DNA of 64,000 nucleotides, taken from Candidatus Latescibacterota bacterium (GTDB lineage: Bacteria > Latescibacterota > UBA2968). The notes under the pieces were generated by a model, which worked only from the letters and a program-made list of their open reading frames with translations, had not been told where the DNA came from and did not search any database. Of this stretch, positions 21,443 through 31,355 are shown in pieces (within the stretch, counting starts at the first letter, position 1; the number at the start of each line of letters is the position of its first letter). A program made the translations under genes and the position numbers. Where the stretch lies: NCBI GenBank assembly GCA_965204745.1, contig OZ242010.1, positions 2,112,001 through 2,176,000 on the forward strand, written 5' to 3'.

Positions 21443-22937
21443 AACGTATCGTTTGCGCGAGGCACACGGCCCGGAATGGGTCGAGCAACTCGCGCCTGGG
21501 CGCGTGGTGCTCGCGTCTCGAACCACAAAGGCCGTTCGGTACTTCGACACGTTTGACTGGCGGTTGTACCGCAAGGGCCTCGCGCTGGTGCAAGCGAAGA
21601 ACGAGGTGCATCTGTTGCGCGTTTCGGATGGCGAAATACGCGCCCAGACCGAGATCTCGCCGGAGGGCCGTTTTTGGTGGATGTTCCCCAAAGGCGCGTT
21701 GCGCGATATATTGCGCGCTGCCCTCTCGGTGCGGGCGTTGTTGTTGCGTGCAGAGGTGCGGCAACAGGTGTGCGCGTTTCGGGTTTTGAATGCGGATGAA
21801 AAGACCGTCGTTCGCTTGTTTCTCACCCATAGCGCGTCCGATGGGGCCGCCGAAGACGCACGGGCATTTTTCACCTTGCGCGAGGTGCGAGGCTACGAGC
21901 GCGAGTTCGAGGCGTTGCGCCGCAGGGTCGCAAAATTGGATGTCGCACGGATATCCGAGGGCGTGTTTGAGGGCGTTGCGGGATGTGCGCCGGGGGATTA
22001 TTCGTCAAAGCTCGAGCTCGACTTGAACCCGAACGGGACCGGGCGCGAGGCCATCTGCGACATTTTGAAATGCCTGCGCGATACCATGCGCCAAAACGAG
22101 GCGGGCATTCGCGCGGATTGGGACACGGAGTTTTTGCACGATTTCCGGGTGGCGATTCGGCGCACGCGCTCCGCATTGAGTCAGATCAAAGGCGTGTTGC
22201 CCAAAGATGCGGTGGATCACTTCAAGGCCGAATTTCGGCAACTGGGCAGATCGACCAATCGGTTGCGCGATTTGGACGTGTATTTGCTCAAAGCGGAAAC
22301 CTATCGGGCCATGCTACCGCCCGCGCTACAACCCGGATTAGACGCGGTGTTTGCCCGGTTGAAAAGAGAACGCGAGCACGCCCTCCAAGATGTGGTGCAA
22401 GTTCTCGATTCGCCCGAATACCGGGGGTTGATGGCGTCAGGGACAACTTTTTTGCAGAATGGGCATGAGGGCGTTGCCCCGGCAGGGGATACGCCTGTGG
22501 TCGCACTTGCGCGGGGGGTTGTTTGGAAGCGTTTTAGGCGGGTGCTCAAACGCGGCAAAGCCATTGAATCCCATACCCCGGACGAGGCGTTGCACGACTT
22601 GCGGATCGACTGCAAAAAATTGCGCTACTCGTTGGAGTTCTTCGCGTCGTTTTTCCCGAAAGACAAAATGGACGAGTTGATCGGGCACCTAAAAAACTTG
22701 CAGGATAACTTGGGCGAGTTCAACGACTTATCCGTGCAACAGGCGGATTTGATGGCCGCTTTGAACGGCGCGTTGCCCCGTGGCGAGGATCGCCTGCTTT
22801 GCGCCGCGGCTATCGGCGGTCTCGTCGCGCAGTTGCACGCCCAACAGCGCGTTGTTCGGCGTGCGTTTGCCAGCGCGTTTGCCGCATTTTCCAAAAAGAA
22901 AAATGTTCGGCTCTACCGCGCTTTGTTTGGGAACTAG
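21426..22937 (+). CDS. CHAD domain protein (polyphosphate binding)
   Basis: EFLHDFRVAIRRTRS, LRDLDV, LHDLRI.CKKLRY..EFF, LQD.LG..ND. Confidence 0.9.
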   Translation: MIARSETYRLREAHGPEWVEQLAPGRVVLASRTTKAVRYFDTFDWRLYRKGLALVQAKNEVHLLRVSDGEIRAQTEISPEGRFWWMFPKGALRDILRAALSVRALLLRAEVRQQVCAFRVLNADEKTVVRLFLTHSASDGAAEDARAFFTLREVRGYEREFEALRRRVAKLDVARISEGVFEGVAGCAPGDYSSKLELDLNPNGTGREAICDILKCLRDTMRQNEAGIRADWDTEFLHDFRVAIRRTRSALSQIKGVLPKDAVDHFKAEFRQLGRSTNRLRDLDVYLLKAETYRAMLPPALQPGLDAVFARLKREREHALQDVVQVLDSPEYRGLMASGTTFLQNGHEGVAPAGDTPVVALARGVVWKRFRRVLKRGKAIESHTPDEALHDLRIDCKKLRYSLEFFASFFPKDKMDELIGHLKNLQDNLGEFNDLSVQQADLMAALNGALPRGEDRLLCAAAIGGLVAQLHAQQRVVRRAFASAFAAFSKKKNVRLYRALFGN

Positions 22938-22939
22938 CG

Positions 22940-23686
22940 ATGGGTATCTACGCACTGTACAGCATGAAAGGCGGCGTGGGCAAGACCGCTGCCGCAGTGA
23001 ATTTGGCGTACGAGGCGGTTCACTCCGGCGCGACCGCGTTGGTGTGCGATTTGGACCCGCAGGGCGCGGCGGCGTTTTACTTTCGCATTCGCGCCAAAAA
23101 AAAGTTCGGGCGCAAGCGTTTTTTGAAGGGCGGCAAGCACCTCGCCAAAAATATCCGGGGCACGGATTTTGAGGGGCTCGACCTGTTGCCGTCTGCGATG
23201 TCGTTTCGCAATCTGGATTTGGGCTTGGACGACACCGCGAAAAACGAGAACCATCTCAAGCGGTTGTTGGCCCCGCTGCGGAAGGATTACGACCACATTT
23301 TTCTCGATTGCCCGCCCAATCTCACGCGCTTGGCCGAGCACGTTTTCAGGGCCGCTGATTACGTCATCGTGCCGTGCATTCCCACGACCTTGTCGGCATT
23401 GACCCACCAAAAGTTGTTGGACTTTTTCAAAAAGAACGGACTGAAGCGCGACAAACTCATGGCGTTTTTTTCGATGGTTGAACAGCGCAAAACCATGCAC
23501 CGCGAGATGATCGCGCACCTGCCCGAGTCCAAGGCGAAATTTTTGTCCGCGCAAATTCCCTATACCACAGACGTGGAACGCATGGGCTTGGCGCGGCAAC
23601 CGGTGGCGTGCGTTCGCCCGCGGTCAAAGGGCGCGCAGGCATATCGGGCGCTGTGGGCGGAGTTGCAAACGCTTTTGGCAAAATGA
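22940..23686 (+). CDS. ParA/Soj-like ATPase
   Basis: Deviant Walker A KGGVGKT, DLDPQG, DCPP. Confidence 0.9.
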   Translation: MGIYALYSMKGGVGKTAAAVNLAYEAVHSGATALVCDLDPQGAAAFYFRIRAKKKFGRKRFLKGGKHLAKNIRGTDFEGLDLLPSAMSFRNLDLGLDDTAKNENHLKRLLAPLRKDYDHIFLDCPPNLTRLAEHVFRAADYVIVPCIPTTLSALTHQKLLDFFKKNGLKRDKLMAFFSMVEQRKTMHREMIAHLPESKAKFLSAQIPYTTDVERMGLARQPVACVRPRSKGAQAYRALWAELQTLLAK

Positions 23687-23705
23687 GCGATTCCGCCAAA
23701 AATCA

Positions 23706-23740
23706 AAAACCCCCCGGCGAGTCTCGTCGGGGGGTCGATT
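23706..23740. terminator. Bidirectional intrinsic terminator between convergent genes
   Basis: AAAAACCCCCCGGCGA-GTC-TCGTCGGGGGGT hairpin. Confidence 0.7.
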
Positions 23741-23763
23741 TGTGGGCATTTGTGGGAGGTGGG

Positions 23764-24447
23764 TCACTGCTCTAAGCGGAAGCGCATGGGCATCACGAGA
23801 TAGACTTTGACCGGTCTATCGTTTTGACGCGCTGGCGTAAAGCGGTATTGATAAACGGCCTTGAGGGCGGCTTTTTGAAAAATTTCCTTGCCCCGAACAG
23901 CCGTGGCTTCTGCGATGCTTCCGTCTTTGTCGATCAGCACTTTGATGACGACCGTACCCTCAATGCCCGCTTTGAGCGCGACTTGGGGATATTCGGGGGC
24001 CACGCGCTTGATGATCTTGGGCTTTTCTTCCACCATCATGTAGTCGAGGATTTCCTCTTCTTCCACTTTGATGGCCGTCTCGGTAGGCGGCGGCGGCACG
24101 TCGATGGTGACGTGGTCAAAGTCGAGGTCCGTGGCTTCGATAGTGACGTCGTCGGGCACATCCGCGCTTTCGGTCGCAATGGGCACGGCCGGGCGCGGAG
24201 GCGGAGGCGGACGGTGAATTTGACGGGTTTCCGGAATATCCAAGGTCTCGATGACGATGGTCTTGCGCTCCACTTTGCGCGGGCTGGCTTTGAAGGTGGG
24301 AAATGCGATTCCAATGCCCACGTGCAAAACGAGTGCGATGCCCATACAAATGCGGAAGGTGCGCTTGTACGTGCGCTTGAGATCGAACGCGGGGTTTTTC
24401 GTGCGCGGAATCTCGGGCGTGATCCACTGGTCGGGTTTTTCTGCCAT
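23764..24447 (-). CDS. tonB: TonB family energy transducer
   Basis: N-terminal TM, Pro-rich linker, PEYP..A...GIEG.V...IDKDG, FTPA. Confidence 0.88.
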   Translation of the reverse strand: MAEKPDQWITPEIPRTKNPAFDLKRTYKRTFRICMGIALVLHVGIGIAFPTFKASPRKVERKTIVIETLDIPETRQIHRPPPPPRPAVPIATESADVPDDVTIEATDLDFDHVTIDVPPPPTETAIKVEEEEILDYMMVEEKPKIIKRVAPEYPQVALKAGIEGTVVIKVLIDKDGSIAEATAVRGKEIFQKAALKAVYQYRFTPARQNDRPVKVYLVMPMRFRLEQ

Positions 24448-24605
24448 AGCTTTTCTCGCCTGTGAAATAGGGTGGGGTCAACGTGGTTTTGCCCTGACGG
24501 GGCCTTAACTATACAGCGGTATGCTTGGAATGGCAAGTATTTTCGCCCGCCCTTATTCGACAAACCGCTTGTGTGTTCGTCGTCGATGGCAATATATTGC
24601 AGGTC

Positions 24606-26141
24606 ATGAAAACGCATTTTGTGCTTTTGAACTGGCCGTCGCCCAGTTTTACCCCGCTCGCGGCTCAACTCGCCTTTCTCTGCCTGGTGCTCGGATGCTA
24701 CAATCCCCAGCGCGATGTGAGCATCGACCCGCACAATACGCCGATCATCCACATTCTCGATGCCGCTTATGACGCGCCCACGGGCAGGGCCGTCGTGCAG
24801 TGGGAATACCTCGGGCAGAAACCGGTCGAGAACTTCATCCTCCAGCGCGGGGAGACGTCTGTTTTCAGAAATGTCGCCCAGTCCTCTGGCGCGAGTGCCC
24901 AAGGCAACTACGCAACTGTGGGCGCGTTTCGAGATGGCGAGTTGATCGCGGGCGAGACCATGCAATACCGCGTGGTGGCCGAATACAGGGCGGGCGGTTC
25001 GGCGCGTTCCGATGTCGTCAAAGTACCCATCCCGGGCGCGGGCTTGCGCGAGATTCGGCGCGATCCCATCGCGCTCGCGGTGCAAGTCGTGTGGCAACCG
25101 GGCGGCGGGCTGAAATACGAGGTCATCCGAACGGTCGCAGGCGGGGATAGCGAGACGATTTTCACCACGCAAGACTCGCAGCAGACGTCCTTTTGGGATG
25201 CGTCAATCGCAGACACTCGGCCCTATCAGTACGCGATCCGGTCCCACCTGTCAACGGGTGTGCAACTCATCAGCCGCAGCGCGCAGGTGCAATTCTACCG
25301 CAATGCCGGACGCTACACCGTCGAACCCCTGCGCGGCGGAGAACGGATGCGGCTCGCGGCGACCAACATCAACGGCGAAGCGGACATGATCGCGCTCATC
25401 GGGCAGGCGGAACGGTTTTCCCTGTCGCGCCTTCGGCATACGCTTCAGGCGGCCCATCCGGCTATCGTGAGGCAACAAGTCGTGGAGCTGCTTTATTTGG
25501 ATGGCGGGCGCGTTCCGCTATCGCTAGACCTGGCGGGGCTTCCCCTGTCCGCAACTCGGAGCGCGGCTCCCCGCGTGTATTTCGGGGGGATCGATCCGAA
25601 TGGGCGCGTCGATGTCGAGGGCTTTGACAATAACATCGTTTGGCAATTGCCCGATCATTGGATCAGCCGATCCCCGCAAGTGCGCTTGGCACAGGACGAG
25701 CAACAGCGGGTTTACGTTGCGACCGATGGGCAGTTGCGCGTGTATTCCGCGGATGGGGATCGCTTGGGCGCGTTGGATTTTGCCCGGGGCGATCCGGTGG
25801 ATATCGCGGTTCACAATGGCGTGATTTGGGCCGCGTGGGCCAACCGGGTTCAGCGCGGGGTTGCGCGCTTTTCCAATGGGATGTTCGCGGGTATCGCGTG
25901 GGAAAATGCGTCCATTGAATTACAGGACGCCCCCATCGCCATGACGCTCAATGCCGCGGGGCAGGTGTTCGTGTTGCACCGCGCTGGCGTGCATGTGTTT
26001 CGCGCAACTGGCACGGCCCTCATCTCTTGGGCCTTGCCTCCGGGCGCGTACGCCGCAGGCGATGTGACCATTGGCGGGACCGCGCAAGGGTTCGTCCATG
26101 TCTCAAATGAAAATGGAGAGGTCATCGTCTATGTGCCGTAA
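24606..26141 (+). CDS. Hypothetical lipoprotein (FN3-like + beta-propeller-like)
   Basis: Lipobox-like LVLGC; FN3-like W..Y.V patterns; NHL-like repeats. Confidence 0.6.
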   Translation: MKTHFVLLNWPSPSFTPLAAQLAFLCLVLGCYNPQRDVSIDPHNTPIIHILDAAYDAPTGRAVVQWEYLGQKPVENFILQRGETSVFRNVAQSSGASAQGNYATVGAFRDGELIAGETMQYRVVAEYRAGGSARSDVVKVPIPGAGLREIRRDPIALAVQVVWQPGGGLKYEVIRTVAGGDSETIFTTQDSQQTSFWDASIADTRPYQYAIRSHLSTGVQLISRSAQVQFYRNAGRYTVEPLRGGERMRLAATNINGEADMIALIGQAERFSLSRLRHTLQAAHPAIVRQQVVELLYLDGGRVPLSLDLAGLPLSATRSAAPRVYFGGIDPNGRVDVEGFDNNIVWQLPDHWISRSPQVRLAQDEQQRVYVATDGQLRVYSADGDRLGALDFARGDPVDIAVHNGVIWAAWANRVQRGVARFSNGMFAGIAWENASIELQDAPIAMTLNAAGQVFVLHRAGVHVFRATGTALISWALPPGAYAAGDVTIGGTAQGFVHVSNENGEVIVYVP

Positions 26142-26913
26142 CCTGATACTGATTTGCCTGGGGGTGTTTGCACCTGCCGCCGCGCTGGCGCAAGCGTTCG
26201 ACGCGCAACTCAAAAGCGTTGAAATGGCCTATCGCACGGGCGATTACGCTGGCGCGTACCAAACCCTGTCCCAGTTGCCCGGCCTGTTGGGCGTGGTGCC
26301 CGTGCTCGACCGCCCGACACAGCGCGACCGCGCGCAATTTTTTTTTTCGTTGGGGCGCATCCACATGGCATTGGGCGACACGGCCCGCGCACGCCTCTCG
26401 CTCGTGGAGGCATTTCACCTCTACCCCGAGGCCGACAAGGGGATCGTGAATCTCGACGAGGACCGCGCCCTCGCAACCACGCGGGCCCTGATCGCGGGCA
26501 TGCGCCGCAGGGTTCGGCAACAGGCCCTGCACAGAACCACGTCTTGGGGCGCGGCGGGTCGGTCCTTGCTCTTGCCGGGTTGGGGACAGCTCTACCGCGG
26601 GCACAAAAAACGGGGGTATGGATTTATGGGCGCGTCCGCCGCCCTCGCAGCGGTCTGGTTCGCGGCTGACCGATCCTATCGCAGTGCTTACAAGACCTAT
26701 CGCAAGACCCGGCGCAATGATTTGAACTTGGCACAACGCGGCGCAGATGCGGGCACAGATGCGTTCACCCAAAATTTTGAACGCGCCCAATCCCGCGCCA
26801 ACCGCGCCAATCTCGCGCTGGGCCTGCTCGCGGCGGTGTGGGTATCCGGCGTGCTGGATCACTTGGTGATCGGCCCGGCGCAGGTTTCTTTGGTCGTCAG
26901 AATAGGTGACTAG
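26131..26913 (+). CDS. TPR + DUF5683-like membrane protein
   Basis: Signal peptide, TPR helix, RSLLLPGWGQLY.G..KRG motif. Confidence 0.7.
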   Translation: MCRNLILICLGVFAPAAALAQAFDAQLKSVEMAYRTGDYAGAYQTLSQLPGLLGVVPVLDRPTQRDRAQFFFSLGRIHMALGDTARARLSLVEAFHLYPEADKGIVNLDEDRALATTRALIAGMRRRVRQQALHRTTSWGAAGRSLLLPGWGQLYRGHKKRGYGFMGASAALAAVWFAADRSYRSAYKTYRKTRRNDLNLAQRGADAGTDAFTQNFERAQSRANRANLALGLLAAVWVSGVLDHLVIGPAQVSLVVRIGD

Positions 26914-26936
26914 CCTCCAAGGGAGCTCCCGCAACT

Positions 26937-29900
26937 ATGACTTTGATCCGCCCTTGCTTATTCGCCCTCGCGTTTTTTCCCGCTGTGGTCTTTTCCCAAT
27001 CGCCGCCGGCCAGGTTGGCTGTCGCGCCCTTTTATTCACCTTCCAATGCCGATTACGGTCTCTATATCGCGGACCGCATGGCTTGCGCCCTGCACCGCCG
27101 CGCTTATGTGCCCGCGTTGGGCCGGGCGCGGTTCGTCATGATAGAAACCGATGCCCTCCCCCCCGCAATGCAAAAGGCGATAGCCCAATCGGAAAGCCAA
27201 CTCGCCCCCGCGTTGCGCGAAGCCTTGAGAAAGCGCGTACCCGCCGCGTATCTCATGGCCGGTTCTGTCGCGTTCACCGGGATTTATCAAATCGACCTCA
27301 AACTCATCGACCTCCAAACCGGCGCGATTGTCTATCGGGGCCAAGTGCGGGACAATCCGGCGTGGGTGTGGACGCGGGCGCATCGCTCTGTGGGCGATAT
27401 TCCCACGGACGAAGTCAGGTCATCGCTCGGATTTGCCGAAGCGGAAACGCCTGTGCATCCGTCAGATGTGCCCCGCGACATTCTGCTACAACCGCTTTCG
27501 ACTGCGGATGATCTCGCCCTTGCCGCGGATTGCGAGACGCGCTTAAAACACGCCATTCAGCGCGATGGCTTGTTTTCATTGGTGCCGGGCGCGTTGGAGG
27601 ACGCACGGGGTCGCGTGCGGTTTGCGCGCATGGGCCGCGCGTTGCGCCGGCAAGCCGCGGAAACGACGCTGGCAGACGCCATTTTGACCGGCAGTTTGCT
27701 CACTTTGGGCAAGGATGGCGCGACGGACAATATCGGCGTGGTATTGCGTTTGATAGACGTGGAAACCGGGCAAATTCTGTGGATGGGCGCGTCGAGCGGG
27801 CGGCGCGTGTGGCGATGGGACAGGATGGCGGATATCGTGTCCGGCCTCATCGGGCGGCTCGCCGAAGCCTTGGCGCAATACGGCGCGGGCGCCGCAGAAA
27901 CCCAGATCGCCGCGTTGCGCGAGCGGGCAAAGGACGGGCGGTCATGGCACGCCTTGGGGCAGGCGTTTCTCGAGCGCGGCTTGTTGCAACGCGCCGAAGC
28001 GGCATTTGACAAAGCCATGACTTTTCCGGATGCACGGGCGCGGGCACACGCGGGCAAGGGCCAGGTATTGCTCAGGCGCGGGGGGCATTTTGACGACGGG
28101 GTGAAAGCACTGCGGGCCGCGATGCGCGCCGATCCCGATGATTTGCACGCTTACGCGATTTTGGCGCAGGCGTTTCTCGACCGGGGCATGGGCGATGGCG
28201 TGGGGATTGCGCGCGCCGCGATTCAGCGCGATTCGACTTATCACCCGCCGTATCGCATCTTGGGCGATTGGTATGCGGACCGCGGCGACCATCGACAGGC
28301 GATAGCGTTTTACAAGGTGTACTTGACGCGCCAACCCGATGACGATGACGCGGCGGTTCGGCTGGGCAGGAGCCTGTTGCGCGCGCACAATTACCGAGAC
28401 GTCGACCGGGTCATCGCGCCCATTGCCCGCGCAAAACCCGAGGCATCCGGCCTGTTGCCCATCGTGGCGATCAAGGCTATGCGCGTGAAAAATTACGCGG
28501 AGGCCACGCGGTTGTTCGAGCGCTTCCTCGCGCAAATTGACGCGCGCGAACGCAGGCTCTACGAGGATATTTGGGCGTTGTTATCCGACGGGGAAAAAGG
28601 GGCGTATCGCGCCATGAACGAGTTGGAACAGGGAAAGTACCGCGCGCGGTTCTGGCGTTCCAAAAATCCGAATTTGTCCAACCCATACAACGAGCGACAG
28701 CTCGCGCACTACGAGCGCGTGTGGCTTGCGCGCTGGGAATTTGGGCGGGAAAGCCATCCGTGGGACAGGCGCGGCGAGGTCTATATCCGCTATGGCAAAC
28801 CCGATTACCGCGCCCGATCCGGGTGGGTGCCCGAACTGCCGTCAAGGCGCGTGCAAGAGGTCAAGGAAAAGGTGTATCGGGAATTGTATCGCACCCCGCA
28901 AGATGGCGAACTGATCGGCCCGGTCTTTCCCATTCGCAGCGACCGCGGGTTTTCCGCAGTGGGTGCTGTGGACGACCGAGATGACGACCGAGACGGGGCG
29001 AGCATGGCAGAGCTTCTCGGCGATGAGACGCCCGACGAGGCTTACGCGCCCGTGACCATGCAGCGCGACCGCAGCATCGTGCCGTGGGAATCATGGGTTT
29101 ATGCCGATGTGGATGGCGGGTTGGTCATCGATTTTACGCGCGAATTGGGCGGGGTATCCGGGTTCGATTTCGCGCCCATTCCGCCGATTCCGCCGAGCAT
29201 GCTCAAGGACAATATCCGCCTTGCCGAACACGCCCCGGCCATTCGCTTTCAAAACGCCACTGTGAACCAGCCCGACGAATTTCGCAGCGCGCCGCGGTTG
29301 GCATTGGGCGCGTTTTACTGCGATTGGGCGGATTTTCGCGGGGGCACGGGCAAGACCCGCGTGGATGTCGCTTATGGCATCCCGCTCAAAAATTTGCTCG
29401 TGGTGACGGATGGGCAACAGGCGCGAGTGGTGGTCAATCGCGCGGTCGCGCTGGCCGATTCGGCCTATCGCGTGGTCTATCGGCAAGCGCGCAAAGTGCA
29501 ACTATCCGTGGATACCGCCCACGTTGAGACACGCGAAGTCGTGGACCTCGCACGCCAAGACGTGCCCGCAGGCGTGTACCACCTCACCGTGACCGTCACC
29601 GACGCCATGACCGGCAAACAAGGCGTGCTCAAGCGCGACGTGACCATCGACGACTACGGCGGCAACCACCTGCAACTCAGCGATCTCATGCTCGTCAAAA
29701 GCATGTCCGATACGCTGCGAGACGCGCGGTTTCGCCGGGGAAACTGGCAGGTCGTCCCCAACCCGCGGCGCGTGGTCGTCGCACCCAATCCACTCGGGTT
29801 CTACTGCGAGGTCTATCAGTTGACAAAAGACGATTTTGGGCAGACCCGATACCGCGTGACGACCGCAGTCAAGTCCATAGCAACGGATCGACGCCGTATC

Positions 29901-30098
29901 CCGGGCACGGCTGAACGCGCCGAGGTCGCCCTGTCCTACGAACAAGTGGGCAACAGCGATTGGGAACGCCTACCCCTCGAAGTTGATTTGCAACACGCAC
30001 ACCCCGGACAAAACCGCCTCTTCGTGATCGTCGAAGACCTCGTCGCCGGAACGCGGGTTGCCAAAGACACGTTTTTTCAGTATATCCGCAATCGCTGA
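26937..30098 (+). CDS. GWxTD-family protein with TPR repeats and N-terminal CsgG/LpoB-like domains
   Basis: RFW...NP....YNER..HYERV..A, WDRRGEVYIRYG; C-terminus similar to 1045-3141. Confidence 0.8.
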   Translation: MTLIRPCLFALAFFPAVVFSQSPPARLAVAPFYSPSNADYGLYIADRMACALHRRAYVPALGRARFVMIETDALPPAMQKAIAQSESQLAPALREALRKRVPAAYLMAGSVAFTGIYQIDLKLIDLQTGAIVYRGQVRDNPAWVWTRAHRSVGDIPTDEVRSSLGFAEAETPVHPSDVPRDILLQPLSTADDLALAADCETRLKHAIQRDGLFSLVPGALEDARGRVRFARMGRALRRQAAETTLADAILTGSLLTLGKDGATDNIGVVLRLIDVETGQILWMGASSGRRVWRWDRMADIVSGLIGRLAEALAQYGAGAAETQIAALRERAKDGRSWHALGQAFLERGLLQRAEAAFDKAMTFPDARARAHAGKGQVLLRRGGHFDDGVKALRAAMRADPDDLHAYAILAQAFLDRGMGDGVGIARAAIQRDSTYHPPYRILGDWYADRGDHRQAIAFYKVYLTRQPDDDDAAVRLGRSLLRAHNYRDVDRVIAPIARAKPEASGLLPIVAIKAMRVKNYAEATRLFERFLAQIDARERRLYEDIWALLSDGEKGAYRAMNELEQGKYRARFWRSKNPNLSNPYNERQLAHYERVWLARWEFGRESHPWDRRGEVYIRYGKPDYRARSGWVPELPSRRVQEVKEKVYRELYRTPQDGELIGPVFPIRSDRGFSAVGAVDDRDDDRDGASMAELLGDETPDEAYAPVTMQRDRSIVPWESWVYADVDGGLVIDFTRELGGVSGFDFAPIPPIPPSMLKDNIRLAEHAPAIRFQNATVNQPDEFRSAPRLALGAFYCDWADFRGGTGKTRVDVAYGIPLKNLLVVTDGQQARVVVNRAVALADSAYRVVYRQARKVQLSVDTAHVETREVVDLARQDVPAGVYHLTVTVTDAMTGKQGVLKRDVTIDDYGGNHLQLSDLMLVKSMSDTLRDARFRRGNWQVVPNPRRVVVAPNPLGFYCEVYQLTKDDFGQTRYRVTTAVKSIATDRRRIPGTAERAEVALSYEQVGNSDWERLPLEVDLQHAHPGQNRLFVIVEDLVAGTRVAKDTFFQYIRNR

Positions 30099-30242
30099 TA
30101 ACACCCATTTTTTGGTTCAACTGATTTGACAGCGATGCGCGCATTGCTTAAGTTTGTCACCGAAGAATGGATGGCCTATCGCCGGTGGCGGTTCGTCCGT
30201 TGGTCAACCGCTACCCGCCCCACGCTCACCGGGAGGTTCACG

Positions 30243-31118
30243 ATGACGACCAAATTGCCGGCGGCGGTTGATCCGTCGGTCGATCCCCTAGTTGAGAACG
30301 GCGTTTTTTATCCCGAAACGGACGGTGTACCCTTGCCCGATGGAGAATTTCAATATCCGCTTTTTCACACGGTTGTGATGCCGTTGCGACACCATTTCCG
30401 CAACCGTCCCCATGCCCGGGTCAATGGCAATACCTTCATCTACTACGAGGAGGGCAATCCCGCTCGGTGGATTTCCCCGGATTGCTATGTGGCGTTCGAC
30501 GTGGATGTGTCCCTAATTGAATACCATAACACCTATCGGGTTTGGGCGATTGGCAAGCCACCCGATTTTGTGATGGAGATCGGTTCGAAGAGCACGGCGC
30601 GGCGAGACATGAGAGAAAAGCGGGCTTTGTACGCCAAATTGGGCGTTGGCGAGTACTGGCGTTACGATGCCACAGACGACAGCGCGTTCTACGGCGAGCC
30701 GTTGATCGGCGAACATCTCCTGGATGGCGCGTATGAGCGTCTGCCCTTGAGCCCGATGCCCGATGGGATTTGGGGACACAGCCCAACTTTGGGCTTGGAT
30801 TTGCACTGGGATGCTGGCCGGCTGTGGTTTTACGATTCCGAGACGGGCGAACGCCTGCTCAGTTACGATGACCAAGCCGAAGCCCTAGAAGAGACCGAGG
30901 ACGCCTTGCAAGAATCCGAGGCCGCTCATCGCGCCGCCGAGGTTGCCCGCCGGCGTGAAGCCGCCGCTCATCGCGCCACTGAGGTTGCCCGCCGGCGTGA
31001 AGCCGCCGCCCGACAAGCCGCCGAGGCCGCTTTGAGGGAGTCGGAAGCCGCCCGACAGCGCGAGGTGGCCGAACTTCAAGCGCAGTTGCGACGGTTGCGC
31101 GCACAGCAAGGGGAATGA
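30243..31118 (+). CDS. Uma2 family (PD-(D/E)xK) endonuclease, copy 1 (291 aa)
   Basis: SPDCYV, PDFVMEIGS.ST...D...K...YA.LGV.EYW; coiled-coil tail. Confidence 0.9.
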   Translation: MTTKLPAAVDPSVDPLVENGVFYPETDGVPLPDGEFQYPLFHTVVMPLRHHFRNRPHARVNGNTFIYYEEGNPARWISPDCYVAFDVDVSLIEYHNTYRVWAIGKPPDFVMEIGSKSTARRDMREKRALYAKLGVGEYWRYDATDDSAFYGEPLIGEHLLDGAYERLPLSPMPDGIWGHSPTLGLDLHWDAGRLWFYDSETGERLLSYDDQAEALEETEDALQESEAAHRAAEVARRREAAAHRATEVARRREAAARQAAEAALRESEAARQREVAELQAQLRRLRAQQGE

Positions 31119-31355
31119 AACCGCTATCAGGGCAAAGGACGGAAAAATGGAAAAGCCAGATTTTAGCGAAGACGACCGCATCTTGGCCGATCTGACCGAT
31201 GATACGGACGCTGATAAACCCCCATTTTTTAATCTGATTTGACGGCAATGCGCGCATTGCTTAAGTTTGTCACTGAAGAATGGATGGCCTATCGCCGGTG
31301 GCGGTTCGTCCGTTGGTCAACCGCTACCCGCCCCACGCTCACCGGGAGGTTCACG

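Noticed and set aside
30126-30242. Longer N-terminal extensions given by the ORF track for the Uma2 copies, Mod (62718), Gfo (53796) and DUF418 (4284)
   Set aside because: The extensions run through leaders, repeats, a neighbouring gene or a tRNA; downstream ATGs, most with a clear RBS, fit the family N-termini better
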